64,000 nucleotides of DNA from an uncultured virus (IMG/VR IMGVR_UViG_3300012983_000043) (taxonomy: Duplodnaviria; Heunggongvirae; Uroviricota; Caudoviricetes), in IMG/VR virus record IMGVR_UViG_3300012983_000043; one strand, written 5' to 3'. Both the position numbers and the translations under genes were made by a program. Positions 1 to 10,362 of the stretch are shown in pieces (positions within the stretch are counted from its first letter, which is position 1; each line of letters begins with the position of its first letter). Under the pieces are notes generated by a model that was not told the DNA's origin, did not search any database, and worked only from the letters and a program-made list of their open reading frames with translations.

Positions 1-329
1 AACGGCTTCAGTAAAGTCACAATTTCATCTTGCTCAGGACTTGTAGTGTAGATCTCTCTTCCCTTTCCGCTGATCTCTAGAAGCATCTTCACAATATCTC
101 TGCAGCTAGCAGGACCAGTCTTCTTCATAGATGTCTCTTTCATAGATGTCCCTACTGCAGCAAACTTCTCATCATCCCATGACAAGACATATGATCCGAT
201 TCTAGCCTTTGAAGACTTGAACATCAGTGCTTGCACCTCTCCCACAAGCGCCCATCTCTCGAACCCGCTCTTCTTCACAAGCATGTTCATGACTCTCTCA
301 GCATCTGTTTCTGTCAAGTCTTCTTTCAT
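1..329 (-). CDS. hypothetical protein (3' end outside window)
   Basis: Open frame from ATG at 329 (MKEDLTETDAERVMNMLVKKSG...) below a variant of the repeated promoter element. Confidence 0.6.
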   Translation of the reverse strand, partial: MKEDLTETDAERVMNMLVKKSGFERWALVGEVQALMFKSSKARIGSYVLSWDDEKFAAVGTSMKETSMKKTGPASCRDIVKMLLEISGKGREIYTTSPEQDEIVTLLKP

Positions 330-428
330 GCTGTCATCATATCACTTCTCTAGACACTCATAAACACATGTCATTTCATTTGCAGACAAGTAAATAATTT
401 CAAATCACAAGAAAGAGAGCAAAAGAAA

Positions 429-682
429 ATGGCAGTAGAAGCATATCTTGGAAATCCACCAGCACACATTGTTGACTGGATAAAAAACCACTAGCAACCA
501 GCAGGACATTCAGAGACACGGTACCGGACAGTGTGACAAGCATCGGACAGTATGCGTTTGCTGAACTCACCAACCTGACGAGTGTGACAATAACTGCAAA
601 TGGCGGAAATGCAGAAAATGTCAAGCAGATGATGATTAATGCTGGTGTTTCTGAAAGCATCACTTGGAACATGCCAAACTGA
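429..682 (+). pseudogene. internally deleted BspA-type leucine-rich-repeat gene remnant
   Basis: MAVEAYLGNPPAHIVDWIKNH(TAG)QPAG..., then in another frame VTSIGQYAFAELTNLTSVTI...WNMPN*, one BspA/LRR_5-like repeat; GTAAATA at 390-396. Confidence 0.6.
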
Positions 683-705
683 AAACAACATATATCATAA
701 AACAA

Positions 706-738
706 CAAAGGCTGGTTCTTGAATGAACCAGCCTTTTT
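706..738. terminator. bidirectional intrinsic terminator
   Basis: AAAGGCTGGTTC...GAACCAGCCTTTTT between convergent genes. Confidence 0.7.
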
Positions 739-1091
739 CACAGCAGCTTCTTGTTGCAATATTCAAGCAAGTCTTTTTGCGGAATTCCCTTTATCTGGTT
801 CATCGAGACAATAATTCTAGAGCAAGGCTCAAGAATTGCTTGGCTGTTGATTTTGTCTATAAAGTTTGAAGGCCATCGTATGTCAAGAATTATCTTCAGC
901 TCTTCAAATGAAGAATATGGTCTTGACAGGGCAGAGACAAATTGCTTGTCGCTTGTGTAGACAGCTGCTATGTATTTTGAGTTCTCTTTGACAAAATTTC
1001 TGTAGTCTTCATTCACTTCAATCAAGAATGCAAGAAGTGAAAGTCTAGAGAAATTGCATCTAGCAGCAGCTATTTCAGAATGTATGTTCAT
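738..1091 (-). CDS. hypothetical protein with internal SxEELxxxxD tag
   Basis: ORF track; SSFEELKIILDI. Confidence 0.65.
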   Translation of the reverse strand: MNIHSEIAAARCNFSRLSLLAFLIEVNEDYRNFVKENSKYIAAVYTSDKQFVSALSRPYSSFEELKIILDIRWPSNFIDKINSQAILEPCSRIIVSMNQIKGIPQKDLLEYCNKKLL

Positions 1092-1116
1092 GTCAAAAAG
1101 CTTAGGGTGGTCTAAA

Positions 1117-1506
1117 TTAGATGCTCAAGTCATATTCAATGACACATTTCTCAAAGTCTAGATTTTTTGGAATTAACCGGCCTTTAGTGTAGTATGTTGA
1201 CATGCTGTTTATGAATACATCTGATCTCTTAAGCTCTTTCATGATGCACTTGACAATTGCTTTCTGGATGTCATGTGAAAAAGATTGTTCTGAAAGTCTT
1301 ATGTTCATGTAAGAATATTGCAGATGCTTACCTCCGCGGAACAGTCTATATTTGACACCAATTTTGTCAATTCCGTAGATGCATTCAAACTTGTCATTCT
1401 TGTTCATTTTTCCATAGCAGATGCAAGTGACATCAAGCATTTTGCAGAACACTTTGTAGAGTTTGAAGTAGAAACTTCTAGGGTATTCATCTTTTGTCTT
1501 TCGCAT
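1117..1506 (-). CDS. hypothetical protein with C-terminal tag
   Basis: ORF track; ends LDFEKCVIEYDLSI. Confidence 0.7.
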   Translation of the reverse strand: MRKTKDEYPRSFYFKLYKVFCKMLDVTCICYGKMNKNDKFECIYGIDKIGVKYRLFRGGKHLQYSYMNIRLSEQSFSHDIQKAIVKCIMKELKRSDVFINSMSTYYTKGRLIPKNLDFEKCVIEYDLSI

Positions 1507-1655
1507 CTTGCCTTAAATCCTTAGAACATAAAAAGAGAAGAAAGCTAGACGAGAAAGGAACGGGTCGATGAAAACACCCAAAAACTCTCTAGCTTTCTTC
1601 TTAATGAGATCAAAACAATGTAAGAAGAAATATATTATTATTATTATAATTTTAA

Positions 1656-2399
1656 TTACTTTTTAGCATGTCTCTTTGCATTGTGGTACTTCCAGTACTC
1701 ACTCTTCTCTTTTGCATTGAATTGAGAGAACGGCTTGGCTGGACGGACATATGTGTCTAGAATGTTTGAAGCCTTCTTTTCACTCTTAGACTTCTTGCAA
1801 GAGCATTCATTGTCTAGACAATCACATTTATTGCTTGCCCGCTGCTCGTCTTCAATAGCATTTGCACGATCAATAGCTGCACGTTCTAGAAGAATCTGCT
1901 TGACACGCTCTTCTACACGACGCTCAAACGCAGCTTGCTTCTGAGCAGCTTGCCTCTGTTCATGTGCCTGTCGTGCTCTCTGCTTCTTCTCTGCAGCCAT
2001 CTTCTCTTCTAGTTGCTGGTCAAAGCCATTGTCTACAATCTTCTGAAGATATGTGCCGAAGCCAGATCCATCTACTTCATTTGCATGGAACTTGCCGTTC
2101 TTGTCATAAGCACCAAGCTTGCCAAGAAGACGCTTCACAATTGCATATGTGATTGCAGTCTTCCTGTCATACTTGTCTCCGGTAGAACACTTCACAATTG
2201 CATATGTGTTGTCAGTGAAGAACACAATTGTTGTGTCGCCGTTGAATGTGACACGCTTGATCTCTGGGCACCAGAATCCAAAAACTTTAGGGTGGCTGGT
2301 CTGAACAGGAGTCTCTTGCTTATAGATTGGACTCTGAGGCTGCTGTGCTGCAGCGTTCTTGAGAATCTCATCAAAGATCTGAAATAGATTGTCGTACAT
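1656..2399 (-). CDS. conserved-type phage hypothetical protein with coiled coil
   Basis: IKRVTFNGDTTIVFFTD..AIVKC..GDKYD pattern common in phage proteins; 247 aa. Confidence 0.75.
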   Translation of the reverse strand: MYDNLFQIFDEILKNAAAQQPQSPIYKQETPVQTSHPKVFGFWCPEIKRVTFNGDTTIVFFTDNTYAIVKCSTGDKYDRKTAITYAIVKRLLGKLGAYDKNGKFHANEVDGSGFGTYLQKIVDNGFDQQLEEKMAAEKKQRARQAHEQRQAAQKQAAFERRVEERVKQILLERAAIDRANAIEDEQRASNKCDCLDNECSCKKSKSEKKASNILDTYVRPAKPFSQFNAKEKSEYWKYHNAKRHAKK

Positions 2400-2513
2400 G
2401 GTGTTTTCTTTCTTTTATAGGGTATTGAAATTCATGAAATGAAAATCTAGAGACTGCAAAGAAGAACCTCTACTCTACGCATTGTAGTCTCTAGACTTTC
2501 TTAAGAGCAGCTC

Positions 2514-2759
2514 TTAACCACAGATCGCCTTGCGAAGAGCACTCATTGTCCAATTGCCCCCGTTACGGAGATAGGACGAATTAGCAACCTTGAACCGACG
2601 AGCACCACGCTTGCACACAGGCGTGACTCCCTTGACTGTTGTAGCAGACTTCGTGCATGTGATGATTCCATATGGACCACAATGAGCACGGTCACCTACA
2701 GAGAGCCCGTTGATGTTCGCAATCACTGATTCCTTGCACATGTTCTTTGTCTTTGTCAT
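2514..2759 (-). CDS. hypothetical protein
   Basis: ORF track, purine-rich RBS, downstream hairpin. Confidence 0.65.
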   Translation of the reverse strand: MTKTKNMCKESVIANINGLSVGDRAHCGPYGIITCTKSATTVKGVTPVCKRGARRFKVANSSYLRNGGNWTMSALRKAICG

Positions 2760-2831
2760 TTTGTCTTTCTTTCTTTTTGTTTGTTTCTGTATAATAAAGT
2801 ACTTTTGTAGAGAAGTATGTTGAGGGTAGTC

Positions 2832-3377
2832 TCAAGCATTTGCTTGTTTCTTGTCAACTTTCATGAGATTCTTTCCCACAAGTTTCTTTAGAGTGTCAAG
2901 ATCTGTCAATGAGACTTGATTTCCATCATTGTCTAGATATCCATCTACTTCATATTTTGCTTTCTCATTGATGCCTGCAAGACGAGTCTTAGTGCCAGAC
3001 TGCCATCCTGAAAGAATCTTCTGGCCTTCTTCCCATGTCTTGATCTTCTTGAGCTTTGTAGCAAGCCAGTCTGCAACTTTCCAGTTGTCAGAATATCCGG
3101 CACAAATGTACCAAGGCCATGTGTCATCAGGCCACTTGAATTTGTTGAGCCTATTCTTCTCGTCATGAAGTTCATTGATCTTCTTGACAAGATCATCAAT
3201 CTTAAATACACGCGCAAGATAACGGTATTTAGACTTTGATCTGTCCTTCTTCTTTCCTGCAGGATCAGAAGGATCAGCTTCTACATGATATTGATATGTG
3301 ACGAGCATTGCAGTGTCAGTGTCTAGATTCATCATCACTGACTTCACAACAGTTATTTCATCTTTGAGCATTGCCAT
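2832..3377 (-). CDS. hypothetical protein
   Basis: ORF track, 181 aa. Confidence 0.7.
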   Translation of the reverse strand: MAMLKDEITVVKSVMMNLDTDTAMLVTYQYHVEADPSDPAGKKKDRSKSKYRYLARVFKIDDLVKKINELHDEKNRLNKFKWPDDTWPWYICAGYSDNWKVADWLATKLKKIKTWEEGQKILSGWQSGTKTRLAGINEKAKYEVDGYLDNDGNQVSLTDLDTLKKLVGKNLMKVDKKQANA

Positions 3378-3458
3378 TTGCAGAGTCTTTCTATTTGTTT
3401 CAACATTGTCTATTGTATCTAGAATTCTTTAGACGTAAACTACTTTCATAGATTTTTC

Positions 3459-3838
3459 TCACCAGTGCTTTAATTCTTCTGGCTTGAAGAAGAAGTCAGA
3501 AGCAAACACTGCACGCTGCGTGAGTGTGTCAAACTGAACAGTCTGAACAGATGCTTTCTTGTCAGAGCTTCGTGACAAGATATAATTGATGAATCTATTT
3601 GACATAAGATTCTTTTTATTTGAAAGTCTAGAAAAGTCTAAGGTGGTCATCCAATCATCTCCACTCTTTTGATAATGTCAGGAAATGAAGTTCTTTCTGT
3701 TAGTGTCTTTTGCTTTCTGCACCATGAAAAAGCTTCTTTTTGAGCTTCTTCTAAAGTGGGCGCATAGACATCTGTCTGTCCCATGCCATGGTTGAACCAG
3801 ACATGCCACTTATGCTTGAACATCTCTTTGAAGTCCAT
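3459..3838 (-). CDS. two small overlapping hypothetical genes (3647-3838 and 3459-3650)
   Basis: ATGA stop/start overlap at 3647-3650. Confidence 0.6.
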
Positions 3839-3911
3839 TAGTTTGTTTTCCTTGTTTTCATTAGGGTGGTTATTATTTAAATAATATCACAACTCTAGAC
3901 TTTGTAAACTC

Positions 3912-4721
3912 TCAAGCAGCTTTTCTTGCATATTTCTTTGCTATTTTGTCTAGAACTTTCTTGAAGTTCTTGACATTGTCTTCTTCTTTGTGCTCTTCAA
4001 ACCATGCTTTGACTTCATCACACATGAACATGTCAAAGAAGTTGCTGCTAGACTTGAGACATGTGAGAAGCTTCTGACACCAGTAAGCATACGTCCCAAG
4101 CTTGTGCAGGTCAGAGCTTTCATTCAAGATAGCATCAATCATGTTCACAAAAGTCTCAGGGTCTAGATCTGCCATTGTTTCTGGATTGAAGCTCACTTGG
4201 ACAACATGTGCTTCAAAGTCTCCCTCAAACTTCATGAAATGACGAAGCACTTTGTAGACAACATGGTTCTTCTTTGCTGCGTCAAGCACAAGCTTCCCAA
4301 GTGTTGTCAGCTTGTAGAACTTCCGTCCATATTTTCCCTTGTAGTCAAGCTCAATTAGATTGTTTTCACGAAGCCCGTTGAATGAAGCTATGTCATTGCC
4401 ATATGGCTTGCCACGCGGCTTGAGCAAAGCTGTCCAGATGTCTTCATAGCAGCATGAGCGCTTCTCTATCTCTAGAAGCATCTTGACATAGAACTGTCCT
4501 ACAGTGCGTGTGAGATATTTGTTGAATTTCTTGATGATAGCATCATCATATTTATGAATTTTTTTGGGAATCCAATAACCGCCTCGCGCATCATAATATC
4601 CTCCTTTAGTGAATGTCTCTTTGCCGTGCGCGTCGATGAATGGCTGGACATATTGAAATAGGTAATCAGTCTTGAAGATACTGCCAGTGTTTGGCAGTTC
4701 AATGAATAGAGCATTTGACAT
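3912..4721 (-). CDS. hypothetical protein, possible winged-helix segment
   Basis: LRENNLIE...RKFYKLTTLGK resembles a wHTH wing; AAAAGGA RBS; promoter element upstream. Confidence 0.65.
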   Translation of the reverse strand: MSNALFIELPNTGSIFKTDYLFQYVQPFIDAHGKETFTKGGYYDARGGYWIPKKIHKYDDAIIKKFNKYLTRTVGQFYVKMLLEIEKRSCCYEDIWTALLKPRGKPYGNDIASFNGLRENNLIELDYKGKYGRKFYKLTTLGKLVLDAAKKNHVVYKVLRHFMKFEGDFEAHVVQVSFNPETMADLDPETFVNMIDAILNESSDLHKLGTYAYWCQKLLTCLKSSSNFFDMFMCDEVKAWFEEHKEEDNVKNFKKVLDKIAKKYARKAA

Positions 4722-4786
4722 GATTGATTTTCCTTTTTGCTAGTTGTTGTTGATGAATCAATTATATCAAAAAGTCTAGAGAATGT

Positions 4787-6360
4787 TCACTCAACACATG
4801 TGCTTTGGATATCTAAGTTTATCAATGCTTCTTCAATAGATGTTGTCTTGTCCATTAAATGATTAGTATATGGAAGATAGCTCACAAATGCATCTGAATG
4901 CATATTGAATATGTTAACAATATTCAACAAAAGAACTTTGAATGACGGATATTGTACTCAAAATCATAAATAGAATAAACTACTTATGTCTAAGTTTTTC
5001 GTGAAGAGGGACAATAGGCTCCTCTTCGCAGAATGTTGATTGCTGCATTTGTATCTGCATCAATCTCCAGACCACAATCACATTGATAGTGCTCACCTTC
5101 TCGGTTTGCCTTTATCACCGCACCACATTTTGAGCAAGTCTGACTTGTGTAAGATGGATCGACTTTTATGAGAGTGAAACCTTCACTTTCACTAAGTGAC
5201 TCCAGCTTGTCAATGACTTGCCTATAAGACCAATATTGAAGACGATTGTTGACTGACTTATAGAAGCTTGACTTATGCTTCACATTCTTCAAGTCTTCAC
5301 ACACAATGTCATAGCCAGTATGCTCTTCGACAAATCTATTGCAGACTTCATTCACTCTATTCTTCTTATATGCGAGAAGCTTCTTGTATTTCTTTGAACC
5401 TCTTTGCTTCTTTGCTAATTTGTCATAGATGCCATGAAGATCTTGTCCATAAAATTTTCCGTCAGAGTCTGCGATCAACTTATGTGAACCCAAGTCAATT
5501 CCAATTTGTCTGTCATTTTTCTTGATGACATCTTCTTTCTCATAGATGAAGTTCAAGAAGTACTTTCCATCTTCTCTTCTCTATATCTAAATGCTTTTCT
5601 TTCTCTTCCAGTCTTTGAACTTCAAGCTATGTTCATGCTACTTGACAGGCAGGCAGACAGTCTTTGCTCTCTTTTTTCCTTCTTTAAAGACTGGCAAGAA
5701 GATACGAACAAATTGATTGAATTCTCCGCTATTGCATTCTTCAATGTCAAACATGTTCTCATTGAGCATTATCGAGATGTTCTTCAAATCAAATTTCAGT
5801 CTCTTTAGATAGTTAATGTTCAATTCATAAAAATGCTTGTCTGTGAATGCTTTAAATCTATTTGTCTTCAAGCAATAGACAAATGCTTTCTTATATCTGT
5901 TAAAGACACTTTGCTTTAGACTTGTCAACTGGCTTCTGACAATTTCACTTGCATTCTTGTAGACTAATTGCTTGAATCTACTATGCTTGATTATGCATTC
6001 AGGACAGTCTTTAGTCGATAAGAACTACTTTAGTGGAAGCTTTCCTTGCTTAATAAGATGAAGATATGTCTTCAAAGAACTTTCATATAAAGCAAACATC
6101 TAATCAAGTTGTTGTGTCTTGACTTTGTTGCAGAATTTCAAACTATGTTTGCTTGTTCTTATCATTTATATTTAATTACTTTAAGAATACAATTTTTATT
6201 TACTAAAATCAAATGCAAATTTACAATTAAATTATATAATTTATGAAATTTATTTAATTTATCACTTTAAATACATTTTTCCATATGCTTTCTTTGCTAA
6301 GACATCTAGCACAGCTTTGCACATAACTTCATCTAAACACTCTACTTCACCAACATTCAT
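4787..6360 (-). pseudogene. paralog of gene 6882-7277 split by a TnpB element
   Basis: N-part 6262-6360 MNVGEVECLDEVMCKAVLDVLAKKAYG; C-part about 4787-4956 SFKVLL..SYLP..DKTTSIEEALINLDIQSTCVE*; both align by eye with 6882-7277. Confidence 0.75.
4984..6165 (-). CDS. tnpB: TnpB RNA-guided nuclease, 393 aa with TAG read as Gln
   Basis: MIRTSKH start; RuvC-I IGIDLG, RuvC-II VCEDL, zinc finger CSKC/CDC, DADTNAAINIL; six in-frame TAG, ends TAA; no transposase gene adjacent. Confidence 0.9.
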
Positions 6361-6832
6361 CATTTTTGAATCCCATTAGGTCTGCTTCAATCTGAACTTC
6401 TTCATATGTCTCATCTGGACCAAACATCTCTTCACTTGTAGTGGTCATCAAGCCAATACTCATGCCGGGTGTGTTGAGCGCAGATATGATTGCGCTGAAG
6501 AATATGTGCACTACTTCTTTTGGTGCAGCATGTATGTCAAAGTCTATGTAGCTACTTATGTTGAGTGTGTTCATTATCTTCTTTATAGTGTCTCGCTTCC
6601 AGTCCATTAGACGAGCTGGAAGTTCAGGAAGTATGAACACCTGCTTTGTGCCATTTCTAGCAAATGCAAGAAACAATGGAAGAAATGAATTGTCAAACTT
6701 CAAAGCAAAATAGATTTTCTTGCCATATTGCTGAGTCAAGACAATCTTTGGATTTTTGTATTTTGAATTGATGTTCTTGCCGACTTTAGCAGCGCGAGAA
6801 AGAACAACATCAAGAAGTTGGTCATCAGTCAT
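6347..6832 (-). CDS. hypothetical protein with C-terminal tag
   Basis: AAAGGAGA RBS before MTDDQLL; ends ETYEEVQIEADLMGFKNDECW. Confidence 0.75.
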   Translation of the reverse strand: MTDDQLLDVVLSRAAKVGKNINSKYKNPKIVLTQQYGKKIYFALKFDNSFLPLFLAFARNGTKQVFILPELPARLMDWKRDTIKKIMNTLNISSYIDFDIHAAPKEVVHIFFSAIISALNTPGMSIGLMTTTSEEMFGPDETYEEVQIEADLMGFKNDECW

Positions 6833-6881
6833 TTCTAGATCTCCTTTGCAAGACAATTATATCAAAAAGTCTAGAGAATAT

Positions 6882-7277
6882 TCACTCAACATCAGCTAAG
6901 TCTAGATTCACAAGCACTTCTTCGAGTGATGTGCTGTTGTCAATGAAACTGGGTTTGTCTGGAAGATATGAAATGCAAGAATTAGGCGTTTTGACAAAAT
7001 CCATCATTTCAAATAGAAGCTTCTTGAATGAGAAAAATTCTGCTAAATATACGCCAAATGTTGTTTTTACCTCTGAGTCACGATATCCGAGCATGCCATA
7101 TTCTACATTCTCCATGTTCAGCATGACGATGTAGTATGGCAAATCACAACCATTTCGCATGTAATTTTTTCTGCGAATGGATATCTTTGCATGATATCCA
7201 TATGCTTGCTTCACTAAAGTGTTCAAGACTGTCTTGCACAAGTCTTCATCTAGATTCGATATATCAATGTCATTCAT
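6882..7277 (-). CDS. hypothetical protein with C-terminal tag
   Basis: Ends TSLEEVLVNLDLADVE*, stop inside the promoter element. Confidence 0.75.
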   Translation of the reverse strand: MNDIDISNLDEDLCKTVLNTLVKQAYGYHAKISIRRKNYMRNGCDLPYYIVMLNMENVEYGMLGYRDSEVKTTFGVYLAEFFSFKKLLFEMMDFVKTPNSCISYLPDKPSFIDNSTSLEEVLVNLDLADVE

Positions 7278-7368
7278 AGCAGTCAAAGCCTATTAAGTCA
7301 GCTTCTATCTGAACTTCTTCATATGTTTCATCTGGACCAAATATCTCGTTAGCAAAGAAGTTGGTCAT
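7270..7368 (-). pseudogene. 32-aa mini-gene, internally deleted copy of 6347-6832 retaining only the tag
   Basis: MTNFFANEIFGPDETYEEVQIEADLIGFDCYE*; DNA near-identical to both ends of the 6347 gene and its promoter. Confidence 0.7.
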
Positions 7369-7424
7369 CAATCATTTCTAGATCTCCTTTGCAAGACAAT
7401 TATATCAAAAAGTCTAGAAGACTT

Positions 7425-7826
7425 TCACTCAACACTTTTCTTTTTCTTAGACTTCTTGCATGCTTTCTTTTTATGAGAGAACTTCAGGTCATACTGCACA
7501 AGCAATGACTCTAAGTTTTTATTCTTGTCTATCAACTTTGTCTTGTGTGAACAAAACCCATGAGGTTCTGGCGTGACTAAAGCACTTCTTATTCCATCCT
7601 CTGATTGTCTGATAAGAAGTTCAAGAAGATTTTTCTTTGGTGAAGAGCCCTTTGATGGAAGCTTTAACATACGCAAAGGAAGCGCACTGGAGAAGTCATC
7701 TTCATAGATGTACACATATCCAATAGCATGAATGCCTGTCTTGACACATACAACATTGTCTACATTGAGCCAGATGTCTTTGATGTCTAGCACTTTGCAT
7801 ATCTTCTTGCACTCAAGATCTGTCAT
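7425..7826 (-). CDS. hypothetical protein with tag
   Basis: KNLESLLVQYDLKF; ends SVE* in the promoter element. Confidence 0.7.
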   Translation of the reverse strand: MTDLECKKICKVLDIKDIWLNVDNVVCVKTGIHAIGYVYIYEDDFSSALPLRMLKLPSKGSSPKKNLLELLIRQSEDGIRSALVTPEPHGFCSHKTKLIDKNKNLESLLVQYDLKFSHKKKACKKSKKKKSVE

Positions 7827-7900
7827 TGAGTAAGACTCCTGTTATGTTAAAAATGCTAGGATGCAATGTTGCACCCTAGCAAGTGGTTGTCTCATTTTGC

Positions 7901-8695
7901 TTAGGCTGCCTCATCGAGCACTTCACCAAGTGGGACATAGTCAGGCTTGATGATCTTCATGAGCTCATCATGCATGAGCTTGGATGTGTCAAGCGACTGC
8001 AGGGGATTTGCAATTCGCTTGCCAGTGACATTCAAGCATGCAGTGAGGATCTTCCAAGCAGAGTCATCCTTGATCTCATCAACTTCCTCAAGGATCTTCA
8101 TGATGTTTGTGTTGCCGATCTTCTTTGAACGGCCGAGAGAGATGATCAGTTTGCCAAGAAGCTCATCAGAGTATGGTGTATTCTTGATGATGTTCAGGTT
8201 CTCTTCTGTGATCACAGCATCCTGCTTGAATGTGCCAAGCCCAGACTCAATCTTAGCGTCTAGCAGTTCATGGATTGTCTTCGTGTGCTTTCGTTTGCTG
8301 GGAATGATGACCGAAGTCTGACAGATTCCAGCGCAGTCAAGATTCATGACACGTGCACCACAAGACATCTGGAACACAGAGCTCTCATCATTGAATGAGC
8401 GGAAGCCGACTGCAAGATGGTAGTTGTTTGCATTGTCAGTTGACTCAGGCATGACTTCTGCCACGTACATATAGCGCTCTCCACATTTAGACAAAGCTCC
8501 CTGCTCATTGAAGAGCATGAGATTCATCTGCTCACACTTAGTCCTGAATGCATCAAGAATCAGCGCATGTGACACAGGCACATGACGTGGGCCATGAGAT
8601 TCAAGATGCTCATTGGCCTTGATGAAGTCCGGGTCAATGATGTTGTCGGGAAAGTACTTATTTCCCTTGATGAGTGTTGCTTTGATGTCTGCCAT
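7901..8695 (-). CDS. DUF932-like protein
   Basis: PVSH..I and GFRSFND.S..FQMSCGARV..C pattern; AAGGAGA RBS before MADIK. Confidence 0.6.
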   Translation of the reverse strand: MADIKATLIKGNKYFPDNIIDPDFIKANEHLESHGPRHVPVSHALILDAFRTKCEQMNLMLFNEQGALSKCGERYMYVAEVMPESTDNANNYHLAVGFRSFNDESSVFQMSCGARVMNLDCAGICQTSVIIPSKRKHTKTIHELLDAKIESGLGTFKQDAVITEENLNIIKNTPYSDELLGKLIISLGRSKKIGNTNIMKILEEVDEIKDDSAWKILTACLNVTGKRIANPLQSLDTSKLMHDELMKIIKPDYVPLGEVLDEAA

Positions 8696-8762
8696 AGGAT
8701 GTCTCCTTGTTAGTTGTTGTTTGTTGTTACGTCTTAATAATATCAAACAGTTGAAAAGTTTT

Positions 8763-9218
8763 TCACTCAATATCTAATAGATCAGCTTTCATCATATGCT
8801 GATATGCAGAGTTCTTCTTAATGAATAGATCATTTCCAATGAACACATTCTTGCCTTGCTCAACTTCATGCATCATCTGCAAGAATACGTTCTCTAGAAA
8901 TGAATAGATTGGTCCAGGCTTTATGCCATTTATGTTAAATACAAATGTTCCCCCTTGTGCCCAGTAATGCTGGAATGCATGAGATCTTCTGACAGATGAA
9001 GACTCATTTGACACATTGAAATAGTCAAAAAAATAATTTATATGTGAAAGTCCCAGAATAGACACTTGCCGTGCATTGATTGGAGGCTTGTCACTTTCAT
9101 CCCAATATATCTTTCCTGACTTGTCAATTTTGAAGTTCTTTATGCACATCATCGTGCTGTCAGGAAATATGACATAGTCTTTGATGAGATTGATGAAGTA
9201 TTTAGACAATTTGTTCAT
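8763..9218 (-). CDS. hypothetical protein with tag-like end
   Basis: Ends MMKADLLDIE* in the promoter element. Confidence 0.7.
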   Translation of the reverse strand: MNKLSKYFINLIKDYVIFPDSTMMCIKNFKIDKSGKIYWDESDKPPINARQVSILGLSHINYFFDYFNVSNESSSVRRSHAFQHYWAQGGTFVFNINGIKPGPIYSFLENVFLQMMHEVEQGKNVFIGNDLFIKKNSAYQHMMKADLLDIE

Positions 9219-9296
9219 GACAAGACAATTATATCAAAAAAGATTGAGTTCTTTCACTCAACCTCATTCTTGCTCAAAGAAATGTCATGAAGCATG

Positions 9297-9677
9297 TCAC
9301 CAGTCTATTATCTCATTTTTGCTTGAATACTTCAACATCTGTGTCACAACTAATGTGACAAACTGCATCTGATGCTTTGATTTCTTGCATGCAGCTAGAT
9401 TGCAGCAATATTTCTTGTCAAACTCTTCTGTGTCTAAAGCAAGAATCTTATCATAGATGAAGTCAGAGACTTTTATCTTCTGTGTTATGTCATCAAAGAA
9501 CTTGCTCTTGAGATATTTGAAGAACTCTCTTCCCAAGTCTTTTGAGCTGTCAAATTCATCATTCAGCTCTTCATATATGTATCCTGCTAAATCTAGCAGT
9601 TTGTGCATCAACTCTATACGCATGTATAAATGATACTCATTTAGAAGATCGAAAGCAGCTTCAAGATCCATCCGCAT
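9297..9677 (-). CDS. hypothetical protein
   Basis: ORF track. Confidence 0.6.
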   Translation of the reverse strand: MRMDLEAAFDLLNEYHLYMRIELMHKLLDLAGYIYEELNDEFDSSKDLGREFFKYLKSKFFDDITQKIKVSDFIYDKILALDTEEFDKKYCCNLAACKKSKHQMQFVTLVVTQMLKYSSKNEIIDW

Positions 9678-10030
9678 CCACCGACTGCTCCAATTACTGC
9701 ACCAACTCCCAGTGCAATCTTTGCAGCAGTCCAGCCGAATTTGGCAACATTGCTCAATGTCTAGACTTTAGTCTCACTTGCTATTTTGCTTTGCTCAAGC
9801 TTAGTTATTCGAGCTTCATGCTCAGCAATTGTGTTGAGAACAGATTCCATATTAGTGTTGAGTTTTGTGAGCTGTTTGACGAATTCTTGCTTCCAAGAGT
9901 TGATTTCATCTTTGAATGTATCAAGCTTGTCTTCTAGCCTGTTGAAGCGAGTCTCAATGATCTACTCTACGGATTCTCTTGTGCTTTTTGACACGCTTCG
10001 CTTTCTTAATCTTCTTGCTGCTTTTCTCAT
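9641..10030 (-). CDS. coiled-coil protein with C-terminal TM helix (XhlA/holin-like), TAG-recoded
   Basis: 129 aa with 2 in-frame TAG; HEARITKLEQ coiled coil then IALGVGAVIGAVGGCGWILKLLSIF. Confidence 0.6.
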
Positions 10031-10349
10031 TTTCTTTTAGCTCTTTTTCTTTTTCTTCTCCAGTTGAATGAACTGGTTCGTGTGGTTTTGATATAATTTT
10101 CTTCAATGTGTCATCTCTAAATGATCTTATATTCTATTTATCCAGATCATAGTAGATGACAAGATAATCTGGATGCTTCTTTGGACGTCCTCTTTTTCTT
10201 TGAAATTCTGATGGAATCAAATCGCGTCTCAAAGTTCCATGAGCAACACGTCTCTTGCCTGTAGACATTTTCTAAAAGACAAAGTCTACAATTCCCTGCT
10301 TCATGAGCTTGACAAGACGCTGTGCTTTGTCATTCATCTCAGTAAGCAT
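9954..10349 (-). CDS. WYL_2/SH3-barrel-like protein, TAG-recoded
   Basis: VDFVF(Q)KMSTGKRRVAHGTL..IP...YYDLDK(Q)NIRSF; 2 in-frame TAG. Confidence 0.7.
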
Positions 10350-10362
10350 CTAGAGACTTAAG

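Noticed and set aside
4984..6165. TnpB and endonuclease genes as nonsense pseudogenes
   Set aside because: Every interruption is TAG, frames are preserved, and no TAA/TGA or frameshifts occur
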